The position numbers were made by a program, and so were the translations under genes. Of a DNA stretch of 64,000 nucleotides, positions 10,794-19,728 are shown in pieces. Below the pieces are notes generated by a model. The model ran no database searches. It saw only the letters and a program-made list of their open reading frames with translations, and was not told where the DNA came from. Position 1 is the first letter of the stretch; every line of letters begins with the position of its first letter. The stretch is from Candidatus Latescibacterota bacterium (GTDB lineage Bacteria; Latescibacterota; UBA2968; UBA8231). The stretch is taken from NCBI GenBank assembly GCA_965223905.1, contig CBDCXV010000001.1, positions 864,001 through 928,000 on the forward strand. Direction: 5' to 3'.

Positions 10794-11678
10794 CTACCCG
10801 TCATGCCGCCCTTTGCGTGCCCTCATCCACGCCTGGAAGAACGAAGCCATCGTCGGAAACCGCGCTGCCGGGTCCATGCGGCAGGCGCGTTCGACGGCCT
10901 CGAACAGGCCGTCGCAGTCGACGAATCTCGATCGTTCCATTTCTCCCTGGGCGAGGAAGACCGCGGCGGCGCGCCCCATGGTGAAAACCGTGGTGCGCTC
11001 GTCGATACGGGCCCCCAGCTCGAACTCTTCGGGGGCCATGAATCGCGACGAGCCGAACATGCGTCCCATGCCGTTGTAGAAGGGACCCTGCCGGTACAGG
11101 TCGAGGTCGACGAGGTGCACGGCCTTTCGGTCGAAGTCGTATATCACCGATCCGTCGTAGAAGTCGCAGGCGATCCAACCCCGCTCGGCAAGCCGGACGT
11201 GAACGTCGAAGATTTCATCCAGGGCGAGAAGAATCGCCTTCCGCGGCTGGTGAACGAACCGGTAGAACGAGGAGCCCGGGCGGATCCGCTCTTCGGGCTC
11301 GACCCGCAGGAGCACGCCGTCGACCCAGTCGTACACGAGCAGGGGACCCTCCGGGGACTCGACCAGGTTGTGAAGGGTCGGCAGGGCCCTGTGCGCGAGC
11401 GAACGGGCCAGCGCCTCGGCGTTGCGCAGGAGGTCGCTCCTGGCGCGGTGGTCGGCATGCGGCGTGGAGAATTCGGGCTCGCCCGCGGTCTTGACGAAGA
11501 ACCTGCGCCCGGAGACGTCTACCCCGTACGATACGTTGCCGGAATCCTGGGTCGCCTCGTCGAAACGGGCGAACAGCTCCCCGCAGGTACGTAGGAAATC
11601 GACGGCCCGGAGTGAGGTTTCGCGCGCGGTTGTCAGCGGCGTGAGGTTTCCCTGCGGCTGATTACCGTCGCTGCTCAC
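10794..11678 (-). CDS. Ser/Thr protein kinase-like protein
   Basis: Motifs FFVK, LVYDWVDG, IACDFYDGSV, LVDLD, GSSRFMAPEE and DPAARF. Catalytic loop is divergent. Confidence 0.75.
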   Translation of the reverse strand: MSSDGNQPQGNLTPLTTARETSLRAVDFLRTCGELFARFDEATQDSGNVSYGVDVSGRRFFVKTAGEPEFSTPHADHRARSDLLRNAEALARSLAHRALPTLHNLVESPEGPLLVYDWVDGVLLRVEPEERIRPGSSFYRFVHQPRKAILLALDEIFDVHVRLAERGWIACDFYDGSVIYDFDRKAVHLVDLDLYRQGPFYNGMGRMFGSSRFMAPEEFELGARIDERTTVFTMGRAAAVFLAQGEMERSRFVDCDGLFEAVERACRMDPAARFPTMASFFQAWMRARKGRHDG

Positions 11679-11800
11679 GGTTTCAATTCCGGTTCCGGGG
11701 GGGGTTGGTGCGGATGGTCATCGTGGCTGAGAGCTATGCGCAGAGGGATCGCCTGTGCGCTGCGCATAGCCGGTCCATCATCGGTTGATTCCTTTTGTCC

Positions 11801-12185
11801 ATGCGAAACATCGCTATTCTGATCCTGCCCCTGGTCGCCGTGGAGGTTGATCCGCCTTCGTCGAGTCGGCCAGCGGCCTTCCCAACGAGACGGAAGTGCG
11901 GCGGAACCTGGCCGGCATGGCGACGGTTGCGCGGGCCAGGCTGCGCGACCGGTTGCCAGGCTACCAAGTGCTCCTCGGGGCGGACTGCGCCATCGGGGAA
12001 ACTCTGGTCCTCGGCATCCGGGGGCGCCGGGTCGGCATCGGGAACTTTCAGGGAGGGGGAGCCTACGACCTGCTGCGCAGCCACGTCACCAATCCGCGGC
12101 TCGACGGCAGGGGCCGGTGACCTACCGGGTGAGGATTCCGGACACGGTCTTCCTCCTCGGCATCGGCTTGACCCATTACCTCTGA
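11801..12185 (+). pseudogene. Degraded remnant of an outer-membrane beta-barrel (opacity/P44-Msp2-like) gene
   Basis: Three frames join into a signal-like MRNIAILILPLVAV, then GYQVLLGADCAIGETLVLGIRGRRV, then VTYRVRIPDTVFLLGIGLTHYL*. The pattern is alternating beta-strands with an aromatic near the C-terminus. Confidence 0.5.
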
Positions 12186-12399
12186 GGGAATATAGTTGAA
12201 GACATTTTGTAAATATGTATACACAGGATACTTGAAGGGAGGGATATCCCAATCCTCGCAAGGCCCCTTGCATTTGGCGGCGGCAGCCGTCCAAAGAAAC
12301 CAACAGGCCCTGATTTCGCAGTTTTCGACCGACGAAGCATTGAGGGCGAATCTGCGCCCACAACCGTGAGAGAGGTCCAACAACCCATGGAAAACGAAC

Positions 12400-13908
12400 A
12401 TGCAACCTGAGTCTGAGGCAAACTGGTTTGTTGGTGCCACTTGGGGGGAAGACCACGACGACCAGACCCGGCGTTTTCTGCGCGAAGGGATTTGGGAAAA
12501 TGGATATGACGACAAATACCTTGATCTTGTGCGTTCAATGCAGCCGGGAAATCGGATCGCGATCAAGTCCTGCTATACCCGCATGCATGACCTTCCTTTT
12601 GACAGCCGTGGTCACCGGGTTTCCGTCATGGCTATCAAGGCGATCGGAACGATAACCGAAAATCTAGGCGACGGAAAACGCGTACGAGTGGATTGGGAAA
12701 AACGAGACCTTGAGAGGGAATGGTACTTTTCCACTTATCTTCAAACCATACATCTTGTGAATCCTGGAAAATGGAGAACCGACGCTCTAATTGCTTTCAC
12801 CTTCGAAGGGAAGTCCCAAGGCATAAATCGCTTTCGCAACGACCCACAATGGCGGGACCGATTTGGAGACGATGTCAGTCGTGTAGAAGACAACGACCAA
12901 AATGAGCTGAGAAGCGATATAGCCATCAGCGTCCCGGAGTTCCACGAAATCAACGAACGGATAAAAAAAGCAGGGATCTTTCCGCTCGACCTGTGCAGAC
13001 AGCTTCACCTCGGACTGTGGGCCAACGAAAGTCGTCACTTTGCCATCCTTACCGGCATTTCAGGCTCTGGAAAAACGCTGCTTGCCCGGACCTATGGAAA
13101 GGCACTGACGGGCGGCAAAGAGCCCTACTACTGCGTGGTACCCGTACAACCCGGCTGGACGGACCCCTCCTTCCTCCTCGGTTATCCCAACCCACTGAAA
13201 GGAGATTACTACGTAAAGACTCCATTTTTCAAATTGCTACGGAGCGCCATCAACAAACCCGATATGCCTCACGTGGCAATACTCGATGAAATGAATCTCT
13301 CCCACCCGGAGCAATACCTTGCGCCCGTGCTGAGCGCAATGGAAACCGACGATGACGATAAACTGGAACTCCACGGCCAGAAGGACGACTTCGACGGGGT
13401 TCCCCGTTCCTTACCCTACCCGAAAAATCTGGTCCTGATCGGCACTGTCAACATGGACGAGACCACAGTGGGGGTTTCCGACAAGGTTCTCGACCGCGCA
13501 TTTACTATCGAATTCTGGGACATAGATGTTGACGCTTGGCCAGGGTGGAATTCGCACCAGTTACAGGAGGACCAAGCAGACAAAGTGAAGGGTGTGCTGA
13601 GAGAACTCATGGGTGTACTAAAGCCAGCGAGATTGCATTTCGGCTATCGAATTATCGACGAAGTAGTCGCTTTTCTCACCCAAAGAGAGGCACAAATACC
13701 CGAATGGGACTTTGGGGTGTCGTTTGACCACGTGATCTACGCCAAGGTGCTACCCAAGTTGCGCGGTGACGATTCCAAACGCGTTCAAGATGCATTCACA
13801 CGGTGCATGGAGGTGTTGGAAAGGCACAACTTGAAAAACTGTCTCCTTAAGGTTAGAGAAATGAAAGCAGACCTTGAATCCACGGGTAGTTCCCGTTTCT
13901 GGCGTTGA
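12400..13908 (+). CDS. mcrB: McrB-family AAA+ GTPase with N-terminal DNA-recognition domain
   Basis: Walker A GISGSGKT, Walker B LDEMNLS, McrB signature GTVNMDE and KVLDRA. N-terminal domain WFVGA...GIWENGY...RIAIK. Visibly AT-richer than the flanks. Confidence 0.85.
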   Translation: MQPESEANWFVGATWGEDHDDQTRRFLREGIWENGYDDKYLDLVRSMQPGNRIAIKSCYTRMHDLPFDSRGHRVSVMAIKAIGTITENLGDGKRVRVDWEKRDLEREWYFSTYLQTIHLVNPGKWRTDALIAFTFEGKSQGINRFRNDPQWRDRFGDDVSRVEDNDQNELRSDIAISVPEFHEINERIKKAGIFPLDLCRQLHLGLWANESRHFAILTGISGSGKTLLARTYGKALTGGKEPYYCVVPVQPGWTDPSFLLGYPNPLKGDYYVKTPFFKLLRSAINKPDMPHVAILDEMNLSHPEQYLAPVLSAMETDDDDKLELHGQKDDFDGVPRSLPYPKNLVLIGTVNMDETTVGVSDKVLDRAFTIEFWDIDVDAWPGWNSHQLQEDQADKVKGVLRELMGVLKPARLHFGYRIIDEVVAFLTQREAQIPEWDFGVSFDHVIYAKVLPKLRGDDSKRVQDAFTRCMEVLERHNLKNCLLKVREMKADLESTGSSRFWR

Positions 13909-15509
13909 GGTGTGCCGTGGATTTCTCCCTATCGGTCGAACGGGACGGGGAACTTCGCAACCTGAAGGTTTCGACCAATGACGCCCCAGGACCAGCACCG
14001 GAACAAAACCGGGGATTCCAGGAAATACAAGAGGCCATTTTTCATGGTCCACAGGAAAAAGGCTGGCGCCTGTTGATAGACGACGCGCCTCTGGCACTGG
14101 TTGATGAGGGTCGTTCGGGCGTTTGGGCCTGGGAACCGGGTTTTTTTGCCGGCGAAGTTGAGGCCACACTTCAGGACGCGACAGGAACCTGCCGGGGACG
14201 CTGGCGCTTGGATGTGAGCCCGGATATCCACAAGTTGGGACGGGACGACTTCGTTGTGATGTTGCAAGAAATCTGGGAGTGCGACCCCACGTTTGCCCTC
14301 GGTGCGGAACCGGCTCGCCGACAGTTCGGCGTACTCGGCGAACATCCGGCGGACTTCGTCATCATCGAGTTTTTGCGACTTCGGTACCGCGCAACAGATA
14401 TCGAGCAATCGCTTCGTGTCCTGTTGGAGGAACCCATCCGCTCGCTACGCACCCGCCGCCGACTGTCCCCGCCCCACCTGGTGCGCCGCGCCGACCGTCA
14501 TACAGAGCGTTCTGCGCTACGTCAACCAGGACTTCTTGCCGTCATTGGCGCTGTCCAGCCTGACGACTTGCCCGCATTCACCAAACAACCCGAACAACCT
14601 GTGGTCGATGTGCCGGACGTCGCCTATCACTACGATAATGCGACCAATCGTTGCCTGCTCTACATCCTGCAAGCAGTGATACGCCGCTGCAAAAACCTGC
14701 GTGACCTGCTAGAAAAGGAGGCCGGAAAAGTCGACTCATCCATTGTACAACGCTGGCCCGAATGGAGGAAATTCCTCGATGCCTTCCATCAGAAACTGGA
14801 GACCACTGAACGCTGCTTGCCCTTCCCCGAAGTCACCAAAGCGGAAGTGACCGCCGCTGGTCTAAATGCGGTCTCCGCTCATCCATTGTGTGCCCGATTC
14901 TGGCGGGTCAGCTGGGAAGCCCTCCGCCAAGGCGTTACTGGGCCAGAGCCAGCGGATTGGCTGCCCCTAAGTCCCACCTGGGAGCTTTATGAGAGGTGGT
15001 GTTTTCTCGCGTTATGTCGCTGGCTTAAGGAATTGTTACCGGACGACGTGGATTGGAGGGATATTTACGATTCCGGCAAATATCGCCTACTGAGGGGCCA
15101 GTCGAGCAATGGCGCTACAGTTCGCCTGCATCTACAGCGTACCTTCGGCAGCAGTGAGAACAGGCCGAGAGAATTTTGGTCCATCTCTGGCGAACGCCGA
15201 CCGGATATAGTGCTGGACTGGAGGCGCGGGGGAAACGTCGGCTTCCTGGTGTTTGACGCTAAGTACCGGATATCCCGGGCCAATGTGCTTGAGGCGATGG
15301 AAAGAGCCCATATTTACAACGATTCACTACGAATGAACCGGTCTCGACCCCTCGCCAGCTTGCTTCTCACCCCGGCCCCCACCGATGCCGCATGGCTCGA
15401 AACGAAAAAGTTCTTCGACGAACACGGATCCGGCGTCCTTCCCCTTCACCCTGGGCGAGAGTTGCCTTGTTGGTTCAACGAGCGCGTGCTCGAACGCTTG
15501 GGGTGGTAA
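13905..15509 (+). CDS. McrC-like DUF2357 + PD-(D/E)xK nuclease
   Basis: Motifs YDNATNR, WELYERWCF and RPDIVL...VFDAKYR. Translationally coupled to mcrB. Exact start uncertain. Confidence 0.8.
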   Translation: MRCAVDFSLSVERDGELRNLKVSTNDAPGPAPEQNRGFQEIQEAIFHGPQEKGWRLLIDDAPLALVDEGRSGVWAWEPGFFAGEVEATLQDATGTCRGRWRLDVSPDIHKLGRDDFVVMLQEIWECDPTFALGAEPARRQFGVLGEHPADFVIIEFLRLRYRATDIEQSLRVLLEEPIRSLRTRRRLSPPHLVRRADRHTERSALRQPGLLAVIGAVQPDDLPAFTKQPEQPVVDVPDVAYHYDNATNRCLLYILQAVIRRCKNLRDLLEKEAGKVDSSIVQRWPEWRKFLDAFHQKLETTERCLPFPEVTKAEVTAAGLNAVSAHPLCARFWRVSWEALRQGVTGPEPADWLPLSPTWELYERWCFLALCRWLKELLPDDVDWRDIYDSGKYRLLRGQSSNGATVRLHLQRTFGSSENRPREFWSISGERRPDIVLDWRRGGNVGFLVFDAKYRISRANVLEAMERAHIYNDSLRMNRSRPLASLLLTPAPTDAAWLETKKFFDEHGSGVLPLHPGRELPCWFNERVLERLGW

Positions 15510-15532
15510 CACCCTAAGGATCCTCCGCGAAG

Positions 15533-17083
15533 TCACTCCCAGATCGAGTTCATCTGCCAGGCGTCGAGCGACCTGAGCCAGGCCTCGCTCCCCTGGGCGC
15601 GCAGCGATACCCCGATGCTGTCGGCGCGCTCCGGATAGACGCGAACCGCCAGGCACTGCCTGCCGTTTGCGAACAGCTCGACCACGCTGCGGTCGACGAA
15701 CACCCGCAGCTCGAGAAGCTCCCCTTCGCCGAGCAGCACCGGGGCGGTTTCCGGGGCCCGGGAGAGCGCGTCGGCGGCGACCGAGGAGTAGGAGGAATCG
15801 ATGGTCAGCAGGCTCTGCCGGGCGTCCCTGCCGAAAACCCGCCGCAGGGAAAAGCCGCGGTCCCTGAAGAAGGCGACGCGCGTGAACTCCTCGCGGTCCG
15901 GGGAGCGCAGCAGGTTCAGCTCGACCATGGGGGCCTCGCGCGGATCGATTTCCGCGATGATCTCGAGCGCGTTTCCCGCCACCGAGTCGAGCACGATTTC
16001 CCGGTTGGCCGGCAGGCTCATGTTCTCGATCCGCTCATGGGTTCCGCGCACCGACTCGATGTCCCCTGCCGGTGTCATCGAGAGATCGTCGCCGTCGACG
16101 GACAGCCGTCTCGGCAGCGTCATGATCTGGTTCCAGCCCTCCGTCGGCTTGCCTGGGTTCATGTTGAAGATCGCGATCACGTCCCCGCTTCCGTCCGGGG
16201 TGGCCGACGGCGCGTGCAGCCCGGAAGGGGAGGCGGCGCCGAAATTGAACTTCTGCCCGTGGGTGACGACGAACTTGTCCCGCTCGCGGTCGTAGTCGCC
16301 GAGCAGGTACTGGCCGCCGCTCATGTGGCTGAAGAAGAGGAGGATGTGGCGGTCCCCGATCGGCCAGAAGTAGGGGCAGGCGCCGTCGTCGCCGACGAGG
16401 GTGAAGGCGTCGTCCTCGACGAACGGGTGCAGGTACTCCCAGTGCTCGAGGTCGTCCGAGCTCAGCAGGAAGTTTGCGCGCACCGGTTTTCCCGCGGGTC
16501 CCTCCGGCTTGGTCCCGGCCGACAGCGAGTAGTAGGTGCCGTCCTTCCTCCAGATGCAGGGGTCGAACACCCTGTACGGCAGTTCGGAACCGTCGGGGCC
16601 CCGAATCGGGATCACCGCCCTGTTCGCCACCTTCTCCCAGTTGAGCAGCAGCGGATCGCTCGACACGGCGACCATGTTGCCTGCCTGCGTGCCGTGGTAG
16701 ATGGCGATGACGCGGTCCTCCTCGACCAGGGTCGCCCCGGAGAAGCACCTCTCCTCCGGATCGGGGTAGATGCAGTAGGGCAGATCGCGCCAGTGGATGA
16801 GGTCGTCGGAGATGGCGTGGCCCCAGTGCTGGCGGGTGTCCTCCGGCGGGTAGGCCTGGTAGAACAGGTGCCAGCGGTCCTGCCAGCGGCAGAGGCCGTT
16901 CGGATCGTTCAGCATCGCCTCGGGATTGACGTAGTGGTAGAGCGGCCGGTACGGGTCCGCGGCGTAGGCCTTGCGCGACGCGAGCAACCGCTGCATAAGC
17001 GGGTTGGAGGCCAGGGCCGCTTCCTGCTCCGCCAGAGAGTCGGGAAACCTGTACCGGGGAACTTTCGAAGTGAGATCGGTCAT
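15533..17083 (-). CDS. Glycoside hydrolase family 32 protein
   Basis: Motifs LNDPNG, HLFYQ, HWGHAISDDLIHW, CFSG and FDP, plus C-terminal LRVFVDRSVVELF. Confidence 0.88.
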   Translation of the reverse strand: MTDLTSKVPRYRFPDSLAEQEAALASNPLMQRLLASRKAYAADPYRPLYHYVNPEAMLNDPNGLCRWQDRWHLFYQAYPPEDTRQHWGHAISDDLIHWRDLPYCIYPDPEERCFSGATLVEEDRVIAIYHGTQAGNMVAVSSDPLLLNWEKVANRAVIPIRGPDGSELPYRVFDPCIWRKDGTYYSLSAGTKPEGPAGKPVRANFLLSSDDLEHWEYLHPFVEDDAFTLVGDDGACPYFWPIGDRHILLFFSHMSGGQYLLGDYDRERDKFVVTHGQKFNFGAASPSGLHAPSATPDGSGDVIAIFNMNPGKPTEGWNQIMTLPRRLSVDGDDLSMTPAGDIESVRGTHERIENMSLPANREIVLDSVAGNALEIIAEIDPREAPMVELNLLRSPDREEFTRVAFFRDRGFSLRRVFGRDARQSLLTIDSSYSSVAADALSRAPETAPVLLGEGELLELRVFVDRSVVELFANGRQCLAVRVYPERADSIGVSLRAQGSEAWLRSLDAWQMNSIWE

Positions 17084-17328
17084 CTTCTGCTCCTGTTGGG
17101 TTCGCTGCTGTCAGCGGGTGTGTCGGGGAATTTCTCGGACCCTCACCTCGGTTCGCCGCCGATTCCGGTCCCGGTTATCGGGAGATTTGGATGGGCCTCA
17201 CCGGCGTGCCCCCTGTTCCGGCCGGGAACTACCGTCCATCCCAGACCGGGGCTGCCCCGCCACGGGTCAGGCAGCCACGCCTTGGGGGGGCAGTACTCGC
17301 GCTCTCTGGATCGCGACCCTGCCCGGAA

Positions 17329-18675
17329 CTACCGGGAATCGCCGTGACATGCGCTTCTCTGGGCGGTGATCCCGCTGTCCCCTGGAAACGCGAGCGATTC
17401 GTCGAGAGGTCCGTACAGGTGATGAAAGCCGTTCGTCACCACCGTGTCGACATCCGGCGCCGATGCCGCCACGCCGTCGCTGACCAGCCGCGAGGCGATT
17501 TTCCTCGACCCGGCGGCGAAATCCAGGGCGAGACCTGCACCCATTCCCTCCGATGCGGCCAGGCGCTGGAAGTGGGCCCGGATCAGCGCCGGGGGATCGC
17601 CGGCAGATCGAACTGAATTCCACTCGATTCCCGCTTCCGCCAGGGCTCCGAGGGCGCCGTCGACCGCCGGCAACCTGCCGTCTTCCAGCGGGCGGTACGC
17701 CCCGGCGCCGGAGTCGAAAACCCCGGAGCGGCCGCGTCCGTCGTACTGGAAGAAGCCGTCCTTCTGGCTGCCGTCCCCGCGCTGGCCCCCGAGCCGGCCT
17801 TCGGCAACCATGTGAGAGAACAGCGGCGACGAAAATGCTTCCCCTTCGATGTAGCGATCCATCACCTCGAGAATCGCGGCGAAGATGTCGATGCCGGCGT
17901 AGTCGATGACCTGGAAGATTCCCATCGGGCGCAGGAGTCCGATCTCGCTGATCGCGTTCACGGCGTAGATCGCTTCCGGCTCGCCGAATTCGCTCCGCAG
18001 GCGGGCGACGCAGGCGGCCGCGAAAAGGCCCTCGCGTATGAAATGGCCGTTGCCGATGAAGCCGGCGATGTCCCGCGAGCGCACGACCGTCTTGCCGAAC
18101 CCGCGGGCGAGCTCCCCGGCAAGGCGCACGAGCCCGGGACGCGTGCCCTGGGCCGGGATCAGCTCTAGAAGCTTCTGGACCGCGGGCGGGTTGTAGAAGT
18201 GAAAGCCGACGACGCGGCCGTCGAGCCCGGCGGCCTCGTCGAGCCGCCGGATCGGAATGGAGGAGGTGTTGGACAGAAAAAGCGCCTCTTGCGGACAGGT
18301 CTCCCGCAGCCGCCGCAGCAGGCCGGTCTTCAGGTCTTCCGACTCGGGCACCGCTTCGAACAGGAGGGTGCAGTCCCGCGCCGCCTCGATCCCGGTGGCG
18401 GTCGAAACCAGGGCCATGGCGCGCTCGCTGAAACTACGGGCCTCCCGATCGTCCCGGAGGCGGCGCTGCGCCCGCCGCAGGAGGTGTCTCTCGAGGTAGG
18501 CCCGCAGGGGCTCGACCGAATGCGGGCGGCTGTCGATCAGGATCAGCCCGCCGGTCCGGTGGCCGTCGACCTCCAGCCGGGCCATGAGCTCCGCGGCGAG
18601 GAGAGCGATGCCGCTGCCCATCTTGCCGCCGGCGCCGATCACCGCGGCGCTGCCGAGTACGCTTTCGATCTGCAC
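17329..18675 (-). CDS. 3-hydroxyacyl-CoA dehydrogenase family protein
   Basis: Motifs GAGGKMGSGIA, FEAVPESEDLK, SNTSSIPI, GFHFYNPP and GFIGN. Confidence 0.9.
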   Translation of the reverse strand: MQIESVLGSAAVIGAGGKMGSGIALLAAELMARLEVDGHRTGGLILIDSRPHSVEPLRAYLERHLLRRAQRRLRDDREARSFSERAMALVSTATGIEAARDCTLLFEAVPESEDLKTGLLRRLRETCPQEALFLSNTSSIPIRRLDEAAGLDGRVVGFHFYNPPAVQKLLELIPAQGTRPGLVRLAGELARGFGKTVVRSRDIAGFIGNGHFIREGLFAAACVARLRSEFGEPEAIYAVNAISEIGLLRPMGIFQVIDYAGIDIFAAILEVMDRYIEGEAFSSPLFSHMVAEGRLGGQRGDGSQKDGFFQYDGRGRSGVFDSGAGAYRPLEDGRLPAVDGALGALAEAGIEWNSVRSAGDPPALIRAHFQRLAASEGMGAGLALDFAAGSRKIASRLVSDGVAASAPDVDTVVTNGFHHLYGPLDESLAFPGDSGITAQRSACHGDSR

Positions 18676-18825
18676 GGCTTGTTTCGCAGGAAGGATGTCG
18701 AGATTGTGGGAACGGAGGGTCAGGAAAACAGGGGTGGCGTCCGCAAGCCCGATTTATCGCGTCTTCAGAATATGACGGCATCCGTCCGGGGGGAACCGGA
18801 TCTGATGTTCCAGATTAGGGCTTGG

Positions 18826-19728
18826 CTATGGTCTGTCAGGAGCCTGCGCGAGCCTGACGTCGTATTCCGGAATAGATTGCGCGAATGATTCCAGGATAGG
18901 GGAATCCGGCGACCACTCGATTCGGGCGGTCTTGGACTTGAGATCCGGCGCACTGTAAACGAAGCGTTCGTCATAGCGCAAGTACAGCGTTTCAAAGAAC
19001 TTTTCGAGGCGGAGTGGGCTCTCGCGCGGCGGGAAGTCGGGAAGCATTTGGCCGGAACGGTCGTTGCGCGTGTCGATCAGCGCCAACGATATTGCTTCGT
19101 ATCGGCTGACGTCGTTACGAATGCCCACGCGATCCGTGAGAGCCCTCAATGCCGAATGGAAACGGCGGATCGATTCAACGGGCTCGCCGTCATCGGACAT
19201 CGCCATATCGTTCGGGGCCAAGGCGGCATCTTGGCCAGGCCAATTCGCACGGATCAGAAATAGGTATCCGAAGACAAGGGCCGGGTAAGTGATGTGCAGG
19301 TTCGTACACTCGCCGATCGTCTCTTCCATGCGATTCGTGAGATTGCGGAAGGCGCCGGTCATGCCTTTACAGGAGACGGCCAGGACTGGTCCAAGGCCGT
19401 TCTTGTTAACTACGATATCGACGCTCTTTGTCTTCAAGCCTCCGAGAACGGTCGCTTCGGCCCCGGTAGCGGTCGTTGGATCGTGTTGGATGAGGTATTG
19501 ACCGCGGCGCTCAGATACGATGAAGGGAGGTCGCGGCTTGATCTCGTCCGGCCGGAAGCCACCCTCCAGGACAAGGCGGCAGGCTACATACCAGTGGAGA
19601 GGCTTGATGTGTTCTTGGCTTTGGGTCCGCCCTTGGTAGCCTGCGAAATGCTCTAACGCGTCAGCTTGACTCACCCATTGACAGGGCCGTGGGGAACCTG
19701 TGGTGCCCTCGCTACTCCTTGGCGGCAT
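18826..19728 (-). CDS. Putative type II restriction endonuclease (XhoI/PaeR7I-like)
   Basis: Core KSVDIVV...LAVSCKGMTGAFRNLTNRMEETIGE...VFGYLF resembles XhoI-family NNR.EEA.G. Overlaps the MTase 3' end. GGAGA precedes ATG 19728. Confidence 0.62.
   Translation of the reverse strand: MPPRSSEGTTGSPRPCQWVSQADALEHFAGYQGRTQSQEHIKPLHWYVACRLVLEGGFRPDEIKPRPPFIVSERRGQYLIQHDPTTATGAEATVLGGLKTKSVDIVVNKNGLGPVLAVSCKGMTGAFRNLTNRMEETIGECTNLHITYPALVFGYLFLIRANWPGQDAALAPNDMAMSDDGEPVESIRRFHSALRALTDRVGIRNDVSRYEAISLALIDTRNDRSGQMLPDFPPRESPLRLEKFFETLYLRYDERFVYSAPDLKSKTARIEWSPDSPILESFAQSIPEYDVRLAQAPDRP

Noticed and set aside
12387-12410. Short upstream ORF MENEHAT* overlapping the mcrB start
   Set aside because: It could be chance or a frameshifted original start, and it does not affect the conserved domain.
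6861-15520. zorD and the McrC-like gene both end in TAACACCC, suggesting integron attC R'' sites
   Set aside because: No complementary GTTRRRY with an attC hairpin follows either one, and there is no integrase. An 8-bp match may be chance.
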